Shown here piece after piece: positions 48,057 through 57,937 of a stretch of DNA of 64,000 bases (within the stretch, counting starts at the first letter, position 1; each line of letters begins with the position of its first letter). The translations under genes and the position numbers were made by a program. The notes under the pieces are model-generated. The model had not been told where the DNA came from. It worked only from the letters and a program-made list of their open reading frames with translations, and did no database searches. The DNA is from Rhodospirillaceae bacterium (lineage in GTDB: Bacteria; Pseudomonadota; Alphaproteobacteria; Rhodospirillales; Rhodospirillaceae), in NCBI GenBank assembly GCA_009694245.1, contig SHVO01000002.1, positions 1,741 through 65,740 of the forward strand. The letters are read 5' to 3'.

Positions 48057-49187
48057 TCACGCGGTGCTGGCGCCAAGCGGTAAAGTCCGCCGGGCTGGAG
48101 AGCTTCGGCCCCCCCGAGCGATGATATACAGGCCGATGGCTATAGGGAGCAACGCCACAACGTACATGAGCGGAGTGAATAGGGCCTCCTTGCCGGCAAG
48201 GTTCGCGGCGCCGAGCGCGGCCGACTGCAGCAATATGATGGCGAATATGGCCATGACGATACGCCCTGTCTGTCCGCGCCGGCTAAAAGCCCCGGTCAGC
48301 AAGAAGGTCAAGGCCACGCAGGCGAAGCCCAGCGAATTGAGCGGCTCGACCAATCTTTGGTGACCCTCGGCGCGCATGCGTACGGCAACGCGGGCGGATA
48401 GGCCCTCGCGTTCGGCCGCCGTCAGCAATTCCCAGGTGCTGCGCTCGCGATTGCTCTCGTAACGGTTTTCCGGAACCGATTGGAGCGTACCGAAGTCCAG
48501 AGCATAGCTATCAAAGTAAAGAACCGAGAGTTCGCCGGTCTGAGGAACCAACGATTGCCGGCTGCCGTTGAAGAGCAGGACACGCGATCCGGTATCGCTT
48601 CGTCCGACAGCGCCCCGCTCGGCCATGATCGTCAGACTGCTCTCTGGAGCGCGGGTATCGTGAATCAGCACGCCGAGAAGGCCGCCATCCCGCCCCCGTG
48701 ACCTTACGTAGACGGTCAGTCCCTTGGTCAAGTTATTGAAAGCGCCCGCGCGCAACATGAATTGCGATACGTCGCTGCGAATTGTCCATTGCAGAGTCCG
48801 GAATGACTGAAACGCATTGGGCACAACCACCAGGGTCAAAATATATCCGGCGGCCACTGCAACCGCGGCGCTGAGTAGGGCCGGGCGCGCGAGTCCCAGG
48901 CGGCTGATGCCGGCTGCCTGAGCCACGACCAACTCCCGATCGATGGTGAGCTTGTTGTACACAAATAATGTCACGAGAAATAAGGTCGCCGGCAGAATCA
49001 CCGAAAGGAACCACGGCAAGAGCAGCAGCGTAAGTTTCAGCCATGCGTTGATGGCCAGGCCCTTGTTGATGACAAATTGCAAGAACTGCAGCGACTGGGT
49101 CAACCAGACGACCAGCGCGAGAACGATGCTGACCAGTATGGTCCCAACGGCCAATTGGCGGAAGATATAACGCGTGATTCCCGACAT
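48057..49187 (-). CDS. LPS export ABC permease, LptF/LptG (YjgP/YjgQ) family
   Basis: RYIFRQL N-terminus, 6 TM segments and a periplasmic beta-jellyroll insert are present. The gene sits directly upstream of lptD. I cannot assign F versus G by eye. Confidence 0.88.
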   Translation of the reverse strand: MSGITRYIFRQLAVGTILVSIVLALVVWLTQSLQFLQFVINKGLAINAWLKLTLLLLPWFLSVILPATLFLVTLFVYNKLTIDRELVVAQAAGISRLGLARPALLSAAVAVAAGYILTLVVVPNAFQSFRTLQWTIRSDVSQFMLRAGAFNNLTKGLTVYVRSRGRDGGLLGVLIHDTRAPESSLTIMAERGAVGRSDTGSRVLLFNGSRQSLVPQTGELSVLYFDSYALDFGTLQSVPENRYESNRERSTWELLTAAEREGLSARVAVRMRAEGHQRLVEPLNSLGFACVALTFLLTGAFSRRGQTGRIVMAIFAIILLQSAALGAANLAGKEALFTPLMYVVALLPIAIGLYIIARGGRSSPARRTLPLGASTA

Positions 49188-49347
49188 GGACGCCGATTAT
49201 AGCGTTGGCCCTTTCCCGGGGGCCAGCGTCATCGCGCCAGCGTCTTCGCCTCGGCATGGTCGCCCGGGCCCCAAATTAGCCGATGGCGCGGGTTTCCGGC
49301 GATTTCCGCCGCTTCGGTATCACGTGGCCTTCGATGCCGCCGGTGGA

Positions 49348-50766
49348 CTACTCCAACACTTTGCCGGGGTTCATCAGATTGGCCGGGTCGATGGCGCGCT
49401 TCAAACGGCGCATCAAGTCCAATTCCACCGCGTCCTTATAGTGCGCGAGTTCCTGGACGTTGAGCATGCCGATGCCGTGTTCCGCCGAAATCGAGCCATC
49501 CATGCCCGCGACGATGTCGTGGACGATGCGGCTCATCTCATCCCAGCGCGCGAGGTATGCGGCCCTATCGGTACCCACGGGCTGCGAAATATTGAAATGG
49601 ATATTGCCGTCGCCGAGATGGCCAAAGGGCACCGGCCGCGCGCCCGGAAAATGTCTTTCAATCGCGGCAATACCCTCGGTGATGAACTGCGGCACGCGCG
49701 ATACCGGCACCGAGATATCGTGCTTGATGCTGCCGCCCTCGTGCTTTTGGGCCTCGGGCAAAGACTTACGAATGCGCCACAAGCTCTTCTGGTGCTCGCC
49801 GCTTCCGGCGATGACGGCATCGGCAATGATGCCTTCCTCGAAGGCTGTCTCCAGGAGGGCGTCGAAGTTGCCGCGCAACGCACCCTCGGGCCGCGAGCTG
49901 GAGAATTCGATCAGCACGTACCAAGGGTGCGCGTCGGCCAAGGGATCGCTGACGCCCGCGATATGTCTCACGCACATCTCGAGGCCGATGCGTGGAATGA
50001 GCTCAAAGGCCGTTACCGCGTCCCCGGAAATCGCCCGGGCGCGGTTTAGAAGTCTGCTCGCGTCGTCGAGATTGCTCAAGCCGCACAAGGCCGTCGCAGT
50101 TTCGGCGGGGCGGGGGAAAAGCTTCAGCACCGCGGCCGTAATGATGCCCAACGTGCCCTCGGCGCCGACAAAAAGGTGGCGCAGCGCGTAGCCGGTGTTG
50201 TCCTTGCCAAGAGCCCTGAGGCCGTTCCAGATACGTCCGTCGGGCAACACGACTTCCAGACCCAAGACCAGATCGCGCGCATTGCCGTAACGCAGCACAT
50301 TGATGCCGCCGGCATTGGTGGCGAGGTTTCCGCCGATCTGACAACTGCCTTCCGCCGCCAGGCTCAAGGGGAACAGGCAGCCGTTCTCCTCGGCAATGCT
50401 CTGGAGGTCGGCCAGAATGCAACCGGCATCGACCGTGATCGTGAAGTTGACCGGGTCCACGGCGCGCACTTTGTTTATGCGGCTCATGTTGACGATAATC
50501 TCGCTGCCATCCTCGTGAGGAGCGGCGCCGCCGCACAATCCGGTATTGCCGCCCTGGGGCACGATCGGAACTTTCGCCGCCGCGCATTCCGCGACAATTT
50601 TCGCGACTTCCGCCGTCGAGCCGGGGCGCAAGACTAAGGCAGCTTTGCCGCGGTAGAGCCCGCGCTCTTCGTGGAGATAAGGGGCCATGGCGAGAGGGTC
50701 CGCGATGCAGGCGGCGGCGCCGACGATACCGGCTAAACGGTCATGCAGGACTTGATCGAAGGGCAA
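49348..50766 (-). CDS. FAD-linked oxidase (GlcD / D-2-hydroxyacid dehydrogenase family)
   Basis: FAD-binding PCMH-type region VPQGGNTGL...RINKV is present. The tracked ORF (to 50988) overlaps sua5. I place the start at TTG 50766; this start is uncertain. Confidence 0.82.
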   Translation of the reverse strand: MPFDQVLHDRLAGIVGAAACIADPLAMAPYLHEERGLYRGKAALVLRPGSTAEVAKIVAECAAAKVPIVPQGGNTGLCGGAAPHEDGSEIIVNMSRINKVRAVDPVNFTITVDAGCILADLQSIAEENGCLFPLSLAAEGSCQIGGNLATNAGGINVLRYGNARDLVLGLEVVLPDGRIWNGLRALGKDNTGYALRHLFVGAEGTLGIITAAVLKLFPRPAETATALCGLSNLDDASRLLNRARAISGDAVTAFELIPRIGLEMCVRHIAGVSDPLADAHPWYVLIEFSSSRPEGALRGNFDALLETAFEEGIIADAVIAGSGEHQKSLWRIRKSLPEAQKHEGGSIKHDISVPVSRVPQFITEGIAAIERHFPGARPVPFGHLGDGNIHFNISQPVGTDRAAYLARWDEMSRIVHDIVAGMDGSISAEHGIGMLNVQELAHYKDAVELDLMRRLKRAIDPANLMNPGKVLE

Positions 50767-50860
50767 GGGGGCTGGGGCCTCATGTTCGAGCTTGACGTTG
50801 TTGCCAGGATCAAAATGAAGGAAGCGACGGCCGAGTGCAATAATCGCTTGCGAACCCGAC

Positions 50861-51805
50861 CTAGAGCCGTGGCGCGGCCGCGCGTTCGAGCCGATCGTTA
50901 ATGGCAATGCCGATACCGGTCGCGGGAATTGTCGCCACGGCAATGGCCGTGAATTTCCCCCGGTCGTCGAGGGCCCGCAGCATGGCAAAGAGATTGGCTG
51001 CGGCCTCTTTCAAGTCTCCGCCCGGGCTGAGGTTTAGGGTCGCCCGCGCGGTGGCGCCGAAGCCCAGCAAGGCTTCCCCGGCGGCGCCGATCGTCGCATT
51101 CAGCCGTATCGGCAACGACGGCGCATAATGGCTGGCAAGCTGACCCGGCGACTTGGGTGCGGCCGGATCTTCCCGGGCGATGTCGATCCGTCCGATCACA
51201 CGCGCAATGTCTTCAGCCGTGATCACGCCGGGCCGCAGAATCATCGCGGTGGTTTGTGTCAGGTCCAGCACCGCCGATTCCAAGCCGACGGGGCAAGGGC
51301 CGCCGTCGATGATTAGATCGATCCTGTCGCCGAGTGACGCCGCGACGTGAGCCGCCAGGGTCGGGCTCACGGTTCCCGACGCATTTGCGCTCGGCGCGGC
51401 GAGCGGACGCCCGACGCCGCGCAGGAGCTCTAGCGCGACCCGATGGTCGGGCATGCGGACGGCGATCGTATCATGCCCGGCGGAGACGAGGTTCGAAGCC
51501 GGACATCCGGCCCGCCGGCGCAGAACCAGCGTCAATGGTCCGGGCCAGAACGCGCGCGCGAGTTTTTCAAATCGATCGTCGGCCTCGGCCAGGTCGGCAA
51601 CCCAGCACCTGTCCGCCACGTGGACAATCAAGGGATTGAATGCCGGTCGGCCCTTGGCCTCAAAGATCCGCGCTATGGTCTTGCCTTGGGTCGCGTCGCC
51701 GCCGAGGCCGTAGACGGTCTCGGTGGGGAAGGCGACCAAGCCGCCGGCGCGCAATATCCTGGCGCCTTCGGCAATGGTTTCGGCGGTGGCGGAGGGAATG
51801 TTCAA
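50861..51805 (-). CDS. tsaC: L-threonylcarbamoyladenylate synthase (Sua5/YwlC type, YrdC + Sua5 domains)
   Basis: GGLVAFPTETVYGLGGDA and SAN.SG motifs are present. Length is 314 aa. Confidence 0.9.
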   Translation of the reverse strand: MNIPSATAETIAEGARILRAGGLVAFPTETVYGLGGDATQGKTIARIFEAKGRPAFNPLIVHVADRCWVADLAEADDRFEKLARAFWPGPLTLVLRRRAGCPASNLVSAGHDTIAVRMPDHRVALELLRGVGRPLAAPSANASGTVSPTLAAHVAASLGDRIDLIIDGGPCPVGLESAVLDLTQTTAMILRPGVITAEDIARVIGRIDIAREDPAAPKSPGQLASHYAPSLPIRLNATIGAAGEALLGFGATARATLNLSPGGDLKEAAANLFAMLRALDDRGKFTAIAVATIPATGIGIAINDRLERAAAPRL

Positions 51806-51813
51806 GAGAATCT

Positions 51814-52644
51814 CTATGTGACCGGAGGCCCCTCGGCGAGAAAACGGCCGTTGCGGAAATCCGGCTTCTTATAACGCACATCAGCGCCGTCGAAGGTGTG
51901 AACCCTGCCCCCCGCCGCGCGAACCACAGCATGCCCAGCGCCAATATCCCATTCACAGGTAGGCCCGAACCGCGGATAAAGGTCGGCGACGCCGGAAGCC
52001 ACCAGGCAGAACTTTAACGACGACCCGATGACGATTTTCTTTTCCACATCGTACTGCGCGAGGAATGGATCCATTAGTTCCGGCACTTCGTGGGATTTGC
52101 TGCCGGCGACGACGACGCGGCCCTGGCGCTTCCGCACGCAGATTTTCTCGGGCACACCATTCCGCCAGACCTCGGCGCGCCGTGCGGCGCCCCTGGGGTC
52201 GGTCACGCCGAGGTAAGTTTCACCGTGTGCCGGCGCATGGACGATGCCCAATACCGGCAGGCCGTCCCAAATCAGGGCGACGTTGACGGTGTAGTCATCG
52301 CCGCCCTTGATGAATTCCTTGGTGCCGTCCAGCGCGTCCACAAGCCAAAAATCATCGCCCTCAAAAGCCGGCGTACGCCCGGCGGCCATACGTTCCTCGG
52401 CGACGATCGGGAAACTGGGCCGCAAACGCTCCAATTCGGCGACAATCACGGATTCGGCGATTTGATCGGCCTCCGTCACGGGGGAGTGGTCATTCTTGGG
52501 CATGACCTCGAAACCACGTGCGCGGATCTCCAGAGTGGCGCGCCCGGCGTGTTGCGTGACCGGCAGCAACCGGTCCGCCCAGGTATTGAGCAAGGCGAAA
52601 TCCACGGTTCCCAGTACGCCTGGATCGTCCACGGGAAGGCTCAC
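51814..52644 (-). CDS. cysQ: 3'(2'),5'-bisphosphate nucleotidase CysQ / inositol monophosphatase family
   Basis: KNDHSPVTEAD, WLVDALDGTKEF and WDIGAGHAVV are present. The start GTG 52644 overlaps the upstream stop (GTGA). Confidence 0.85.
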   Translation of the reverse strand: MSLPVDDPGVLGTVDFALLNTWADRLLPVTQHAGRATLEIRARGFEVMPKNDHSPVTEADQIAESVIVAELERLRPSFPIVAEERMAAGRTPAFEGDDFWLVDALDGTKEFIKGGDDYTVNVALIWDGLPVLGIVHAPAHGETYLGVTDPRGAARRAEVWRNGVPEKICVRKRQGRVVVAGSKSHEVPELMDPFLAQYDVEKKIVIGSSLKFCLVASGVADLYPRFGPTCEWDIGAGHAVVRAAGGRVHTFDGADVRYKKPDFRNGRFLAEGPPVT

Positions 52645-54980
52645 TCCGCAGCCAGGGTTTTGGCAAGCTGGATGGCTTGCCAAATCTTCAGGGGTGTAAG
52701 CGGCATATCAAGATGCCTGACGCCAAGCGGCCCGAGGGCGTTCAGGACCGCGTTGGCCGCCGCCGGTGTCGCGCCGATGGTTCCGGCTTCGCCCGCGCCC
52801 TTGATGCCCAGCGCGTTGCGCGGCGTCGGTACTTCGGTATAGGCGAAGTCGAAGGCCGGCGAGGAATCGGCGCGCGGCATGGTGTAGTCCATGAACGAAC
52901 CGGTCACTAATTGTCCGGCATCGTCATAGACGGCCTCCTCGAACAGAGCCTGGCCGATGCCCTGGACGGCGCCACCGACGATTTGGCCCTCCATCAGCAG
53001 CGGATTCATCGCCCGGCCCAGATCGTCTTGGATAGTGTAGTTGACAAAGCTGATGGCCCCCGTGGCCTCGTCGATATCGACTTCGCAGATATGGCAGCCG
53101 TTGGGGAAGGTACTGCCGCTGGGCGCGTAATTTTCGCTCGAGTAGAGGCCGGGCCGAACTCCCGGCAGAGCCTTCGGGTCAGTGTACGACGCGGCGATCA
53201 CGTCCGCGAGGCCGACGGCGCGGTCGGTGCCGGCGACGGCGAACTTGCCATCGGCGAATTCCACGTCCACAGCCGCGGCCTCCAGCAATTCTGCCGCCAC
53301 CAGCTTGCCTTGGCCGATCATTTTGATCGCGTTGTGCATGACCGCGCTGCCGCCGATGGGAACCGATCGCGAGCCGCCGGTGCCGAAGCCCGTGGGGATC
53401 ATGTCGGTATCACCCTGCTTCACCGAAATCCGGTCGATGGGGATATTGAAAGCCGCGGCGGCGATCTGACCATAAATCGTCTCGTGGCCCTGACCATTGG
53501 ACTGGGTGCCGATCAGGATGGCCAGACGCCCATCTTTCTCGAACCGCATTTGTGGTTGCTCGCCACTGCCGCCGGAGCAGGCCTCGACGTAGTAGCTGAT
53601 GCCGGCGCCGCGCAGCACGCCGCGCTCTTTCGCCGCCGCTCGCCGTTCTTTGAGCCCCGCGATATCGGCGCGTTTGAGGGCGGCATCCATCAATTCTTCA
53701 TAGCGTCCGCAATCGTAGACCGGGCCCAGAGCGGTTTTGTAAGGGAAGTCGGATGGGCGGATGAAATTGCGCCGCCGCAGTTCAATCGATGAAATCCCGA
53801 CTTCGAGCGCGGCCTTTTCGACCAGGCGCTCGACGACATAGGCCGCCTCCGGGCGTCCGGCGCCGCGATAGGCGTCGACCGGCGCGGTATTGGTGAAGAC
53901 AACCTTCACATCCACGGCGGCGGCCGGGATGCGGTAGGCACCGCAGAGCATGCCGCATCCGGCCATGGTTGGAATCATCGCGCCGAACTGAGACAGATAA
54001 GCGCCGACGTTGCCGAGCGAAGACACGCGGATACCAAGAAATGTTCCGTCCTTATCCAGCGCCAGTTCCGCGTGATTGACTTGGTCGCGGCCGTGGCCAT
54101 CGGCGAGAAAGCTTTCCGAGCGGTCGGCGGTCCATTTGACGGGCTTGCCCAGAATCTTCGCGGCCACGAGGCACAGCACCGGCTCATTGAAAAGGAAATA
54201 GCGCATACCGAAACCGCCGCCGACGTCGGGGCAAAGGACGCGCAGCTGTTCCGGCTCGATGTCGAGCACTTTTCTTCCGGCAATCCAGTCCCGGATCTTG
54301 TGGGTGTTCTGACAGCCTTGCGTCAAGGTGTAGCGGCTTGTCGCTTCGTCGTACTGACCGATGGCGCTGCGTGGCTCCAAGGCCGTCGGGCTCATCCGAT
54401 TATTGATGAGATCGATGGTGACGATCTTGTCGGCTTCGGCAAAAGCGGCCTCGGCTTTGGCCGCGTCGCCCAGACGCCAATGCACCAGCACGTTGCCGGG
54501 CGCCTCGCGGTGGATTTCGGGTGCTCCGGCCTTGACGGCGTTGGCGGGGCGCACGCAGACCGGCAAGTCGGTGTAGCCGACGTCGATGAGCTCGGCAGCG
54601 TCTTTGGCTTGAAGCAGGGTCTTGGCAACGATGGCGACAATCGGCTCGCCGACATAACGGACGCGGTTTTTCGCCAACACCGGCCGCGCCGGCGGGTTTG
54701 GCACGATTCCGTCGGCGGCTGGAGGAATCCCCTCGGCCGGCATCGAGCCGACACCAAGGCGATCGAGGTCGGCGGCGATCAGTACCGCCACTACCCCCAG
54801 GGCGGCCTTGGCCGCCGCCGTATCTATGGCGGCAAGGTCGGCATGGGCGTGGGTAGAGCGAAGTACATAGAGGTAGACCTGTCCGGCGACCGTGATGTCG
54901 TCGGTAAAGCGGCCCGCGCCGGTGAGAAAACGCCGATCCTCGACGCGAGGGATGGACTGTCCGACCCCGAACTTACCCAT
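52641..54980 (-). CDS. Xanthine dehydrogenase-family molybdopterin-binding large subunit, form-II CoxL-like
   Basis: N-terminus GVGQSIPRVEDRRFLTGAGRFTDD and the active-site loop VDAYRGAGRPEA (AYRGAGR type) are present. About 779 aa from ATG 54980. Confidence 0.88.
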   Translation of the reverse strand: MGKFGVGQSIPRVEDRRFLTGAGRFTDDITVAGQVYLYVLRSTHAHADLAAIDTAAAKAALGVVAVLIAADLDRLGVGSMPAEGIPPAADGIVPNPPARPVLAKNRVRYVGEPIVAIVAKTLLQAKDAAELIDVGYTDLPVCVRPANAVKAGAPEIHREAPGNVLVHWRLGDAAKAEAAFAEADKIVTIDLINNRMSPTALEPRSAIGQYDEATSRYTLTQGCQNTHKIRDWIAGRKVLDIEPEQLRVLCPDVGGGFGMRYFLFNEPVLCLVAAKILGKPVKWTADRSESFLADGHGRDQVNHAELALDKDGTFLGIRVSSLGNVGAYLSQFGAMIPTMAGCGMLCGAYRIPAAAVDVKVVFTNTAPVDAYRGAGRPEAAYVVERLVEKAALEVGISSIELRRRNFIRPSDFPYKTALGPVYDCGRYEELMDAALKRADIAGLKERRAAAKERGVLRGAGISYYVEACSGGSGEQPQMRFEKDGRLAILIGTQSNGQGHETIYGQIAAAAFNIPIDRISVKQGDTDMIPTGFGTGGSRSVPIGGSAVMHNAIKMIGQGKLVAAELLEAAAVDVEFADGKFAVAGTDRAVGLADVIAASYTDPKALPGVRPGLYSSENYAPSGSTFPNGCHICEVDIDEATGAISFVNYTIQDDLGRAMNPLLMEGQIVGGAVQGIGQALFEEAVYDDAGQLVTGSFMDYTMPRADSSPAFDFAYTEVPTPRNALGIKGAGEAGTIGATPAAANAVLNALGPLGVRHLDMPLTPLKIWQAIQLAKTLAAE

Positions 54981-55131
54981 GGCTGAAACCTTGCTGTCCG
55001 GTAAAACCAAATGAAAAATTTCGGCGTGCACACCATAGCGTGCGGACCCACATTGTCCACTGGGCGGGCCCTTGGACTGAGGCTAAGCTACGCTGGTCTC
55101 TTGTCCCTTAGTGTTCGCCGGAACCATTGCC

Positions 55132-56625
55132 ATGAACATCACTTTCTCCAAGATCGCCGTCCCCGGCCGAGGCGTTGTCGTCATCGCAGTGCCGGAGGGC
55201 ATCCACGGCGCCGGCAAGCTTGGTCCGGCCGCCGCGAAACTCGATAAGCTGTCGCGGAGCAGCCTGAGCCGCGCCATGAGGGCGGCGGAGTTCACTGGCA
55301 AGCGCGAGAAAACCCTGGTGCTCATGGTGCCTGCGGGTACCAAGCTGGATCGTGTGGTTCTGGTCGGTCTTGGAGCTGCGAAGTCGCTGGACGCCCTTGC
55401 GGCGGAACGTATCGGCGCGGTCATCTATGACGCGGTCGCCAAGGATCCGGCGGCCGCAGTGATTCTGGAAACCGATGGCGCCGCGGTCGACAACGCTGTT
55501 CTCGCCGCGCATCTCGCCGGCGGCCTGCGGCTCAAATCCTATCGCTTCAGCAAGTACCAGACCAAGGAGGACAAAGACGCCAAGCCAAGATTGAAGACTT
55601 TGGCCGTTCAGTGCGACGCGCCGGCGGAAGCCAAGAAACGCTTCGTCGCCGTCAACGCGGTCGTCGACGGCGTCTTCTTCACGCGCGATCTGGTCACTGA
55701 ACCGCCCAATCTCATCTATCCGGAATCGCTGGCGGCGCGCGCCAAGGAGCTCGCCAAGGACGGCGTCATGGTCGAGGCTTTCGGCGAAGCCGCCATGACC
55801 AAATTGGGGATGGGCGCACTGTTGGGCGTCGGCCAGGGTTCGGACCGCGAGTCGCAACTGCTGGTCATGCGCTGGGACGGGGCCAAGGATAAATCCGCGC
55901 CGCCGCTCGCGATCGTCGGCAAGGGCGTGTCGTTCGACTCCGGCGGCATCAGCCTGAAGCCGCCCGCGGGCATGTGGGACATGAAATGGGACATGGGCGG
56001 CGCCGGCGTCGTCATCGGCTTGATGCGCGCGCTCGCACGGCGCAAGGCGCGGGTGAATGTCGTCGGCCTGTGCGGCCTGGTGGAAAACATGCCCGACGGC
56101 AAGGCCCAGCGCCCCGGCGATGTGGTGACGTCGATGTCGGGCCAAACCATCGAAGTCCTCAACACCGACGCCGAAGGCCGTCTGGTTCTGGCCGATGTGC
56201 TTTGGTACGCGCGGCGTTTCAAACCCAAGGCGATTGTCGACCTCGCGACCTTGACCGGCGCCATCATCCAGACATTGTCGGAGCACTACGCCGGTTTATT
56301 CTCGAACAACGACGAGCTCGCGGCCAAACTGCTCGCCGCCGGTCAGGCGGTCAGCGAACGGCTATGGCGCCTGCCGATGGGCGAGGAATACGACCGCGAC
56401 ATTAAATCACCGATCGCCGACATGAAAAACATCGGCGGCGGGCGGGCAGGCAGCATCACGGCGGCGCAATTTCTGCAGCGCTTCATCAAGGATGTGCCCT
56501 GGGCCCATCTCGATATCGCCGGCGTGGTTTGGAACGAGAAGGCCACGGCGCTGGCGCCCGGCGGCGGTACTGGCTACGGTGTGCGCCTGCTCAACCGCTT
56601 CATCGCCGACAACTACGAAAAGTGA
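55132..56625 (+). CDS. pepA: Leucyl aminopeptidase
   Basis: NTDAEGRLVLAD and GKGVSFDSGG are present. The start is ATG 55132. Confidence 0.95.
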   Translation: MNITFSKIAVPGRGVVVIAVPEGIHGAGKLGPAAAKLDKLSRSSLSRAMRAAEFTGKREKTLVLMVPAGTKLDRVVLVGLGAAKSLDALAAERIGAVIYDAVAKDPAAAVILETDGAAVDNAVLAAHLAGGLRLKSYRFSKYQTKEDKDAKPRLKTLAVQCDAPAEAKKRFVAVNAVVDGVFFTRDLVTEPPNLIYPESLAARAKELAKDGVMVEAFGEAAMTKLGMGALLGVGQGSDRESQLLVMRWDGAKDKSAPPLAIVGKGVSFDSGGISLKPPAGMWDMKWDMGGAGVVIGLMRALARRKARVNVVGLCGLVENMPDGKAQRPGDVVTSMSGQTIEVLNTDAEGRLVLADVLWYARRFKPKAIVDLATLTGAIIQTLSEHYAGLFSNNDELAAKLLAAGQAVSERLWRLPMGEEYDRDIKSPIADMKNIGGGRAGSITAAQFLQRFIKDVPWAHLDIAGVVWNEKATALAPGGGTGYGVRLLNRFIADNYEK

Positions 56626-56704
56626 GGCATTCGAACCGTTGCGGTCCCCGTCATCAAAGGTTAAACACCGGGCTGGCCCTGTAATCCCGTGACGGAGACC
56701 GCCC

Positions 56705-57937
56705 TTGGCGACGTTGATCCGACCTTTTCGAGGCCTTCGGCCATTGCCTGCCGCGGCCGCGGCCGTGGCTGCGCCGCCTTACGATGTTCTGAACACGGAA
56801 GAAGCGCGCCAGCGCGCGGCCGGGAAGCCCGACACCTTTCTGCACATCTCCAAGCCCGAGATTGACCTTCCCGCCGGTACTGACCCCTACGCCGCCGCGG
56901 TTTACGCCAAAGGCGCTGAGAACCTGAAGCGCCTCGTGGATAACAACATCCTCACCCGCGACGCGGCCGCCCATTACTACATCTATCGCTTGCGCATGGG
57001 CGAACATGTCCAGACCGGGTTCGTCGCGGCCGCTTCGATCGCTGCCTATGACATCAACCGTGTGCGCAAACACGAGTTCACATTCCCAACCAAGGAAGAC
57101 GACCGCGTTCGCCAGATCGAAGCGCTCAACGCCCAGACCGGCCCGGTCCTATTGGCCTATAAGGCGCAGCCGGACGTACAGGCGATCCTCGATCGTGTCA
57201 CGAAAACGCCGCCGCTCTATGACGTCACCGCCGACGACGGCATCGTGCACACGATCTGGCGCATGGACGACCCAACCGCGATCGCGCGTCTGACGGCGCT
57301 GATCGATGCCATGGACGCGCTGTATATCTGTGACGGCCATCACCGTTCGGCGGCGGCGTCCAGGGTCGCCGCCGCGCGGCGCGGGAAGGCAAAAAACGAT
57401 AGCGCCGAGTTTTTTCTTAGCGTTGCCTTTCCGCACGATCAAATGCGGATTTTCGACTACAACCGCGTCGTCCGGGATTTGAACGGCCTCTCAGCGCAGG
57501 AATTTCTCGCAAAAGTGAAAGAGCGCTTTGACCTGACGCCGGCGTCGGGCCAGGTGAAGCCCGAAAAGCCTGCGCGCTTTGGCATGTATCTCGCCGGCCA
57601 TTGGTACCAACTCGATATTCACGCCGGGCAGGTGCCGCAAGCCGATCCGGTTGCGCGCCTCGACGTCAGTCTGCTTCAGGATAATCTTATTCGTCCGATC
57701 CTCGGGATCAGCGATCCGCGCCGCGACAAGCGCATCGATTTTGTCGGGGGCATTCGCGGACTCGGTGAATTGGAAAAGCGCGTTAATTCCGGCGAGATGA
57801 AGGTCGCCTTCGCGCTCCATCCGACCAAACTGGTTCAGTTGATGGCGGTGGCCGATGCCGATCAGGTCATGCCGCCCAAGTCCACGTGGTTCGAGCCCAA
57901 ACTGGCGGACGGCCTTGTCAGCCACGTCCTCGACTGA
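56705..57937 (+). CDS. DUF1015 domain protein
   Basis: IRPFRGLRP...PPYDVL N-terminus and DGHHR are typical of DUF1015. The start is TTG. Confidence 0.8.
   Translation: MATLIRPFRGLRPLPAAAAAVAAPPYDVLNTEEARQRAAGKPDTFLHISKPEIDLPAGTDPYAAAVYAKGAENLKRLVDNNILTRDAAAHYYIYRLRMGEHVQTGFVAAASIAAYDINRVRKHEFTFPTKEDDRVRQIEALNAQTGPVLLAYKAQPDVQAILDRVTKTPPLYDVTADDGIVHTIWRMDDPTAIARLTALIDAMDALYICDGHHRSAAASRVAAARRGKAKNDSAEFFLSVAFPHDQMRIFDYNRVVRDLNGLSAQEFLAKVKERFDLTPASGQVKPEKPARFGMYLAGHWYQLDIHAGQVPQADPVARLDVSLLQDNLIRPILGISDPRRDKRIDFVGGIRGLGELEKRVNSGEMKVAFALHPTKLVQLMAVADADQVMPPKSTWFEPKLADGLVSHVLD

Noticed and set aside
55108-56286. 392-aa minus-strand ORF
   Set aside because: It is fully antisense to pepA, which has clear catalytic motifs. 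It is a shadow frame. The same reasoning applies to 29535-30629 (antisense to COG0523), 61707-62516 (antisense to ilvC), 54072-54986 and 52911-53792 (antisense to the CoxL-like gene), 12768-13571 (antisense to the yfgM-like gene), 4122-4970, 5855-6517, 49174-50049 and 62680-63486.
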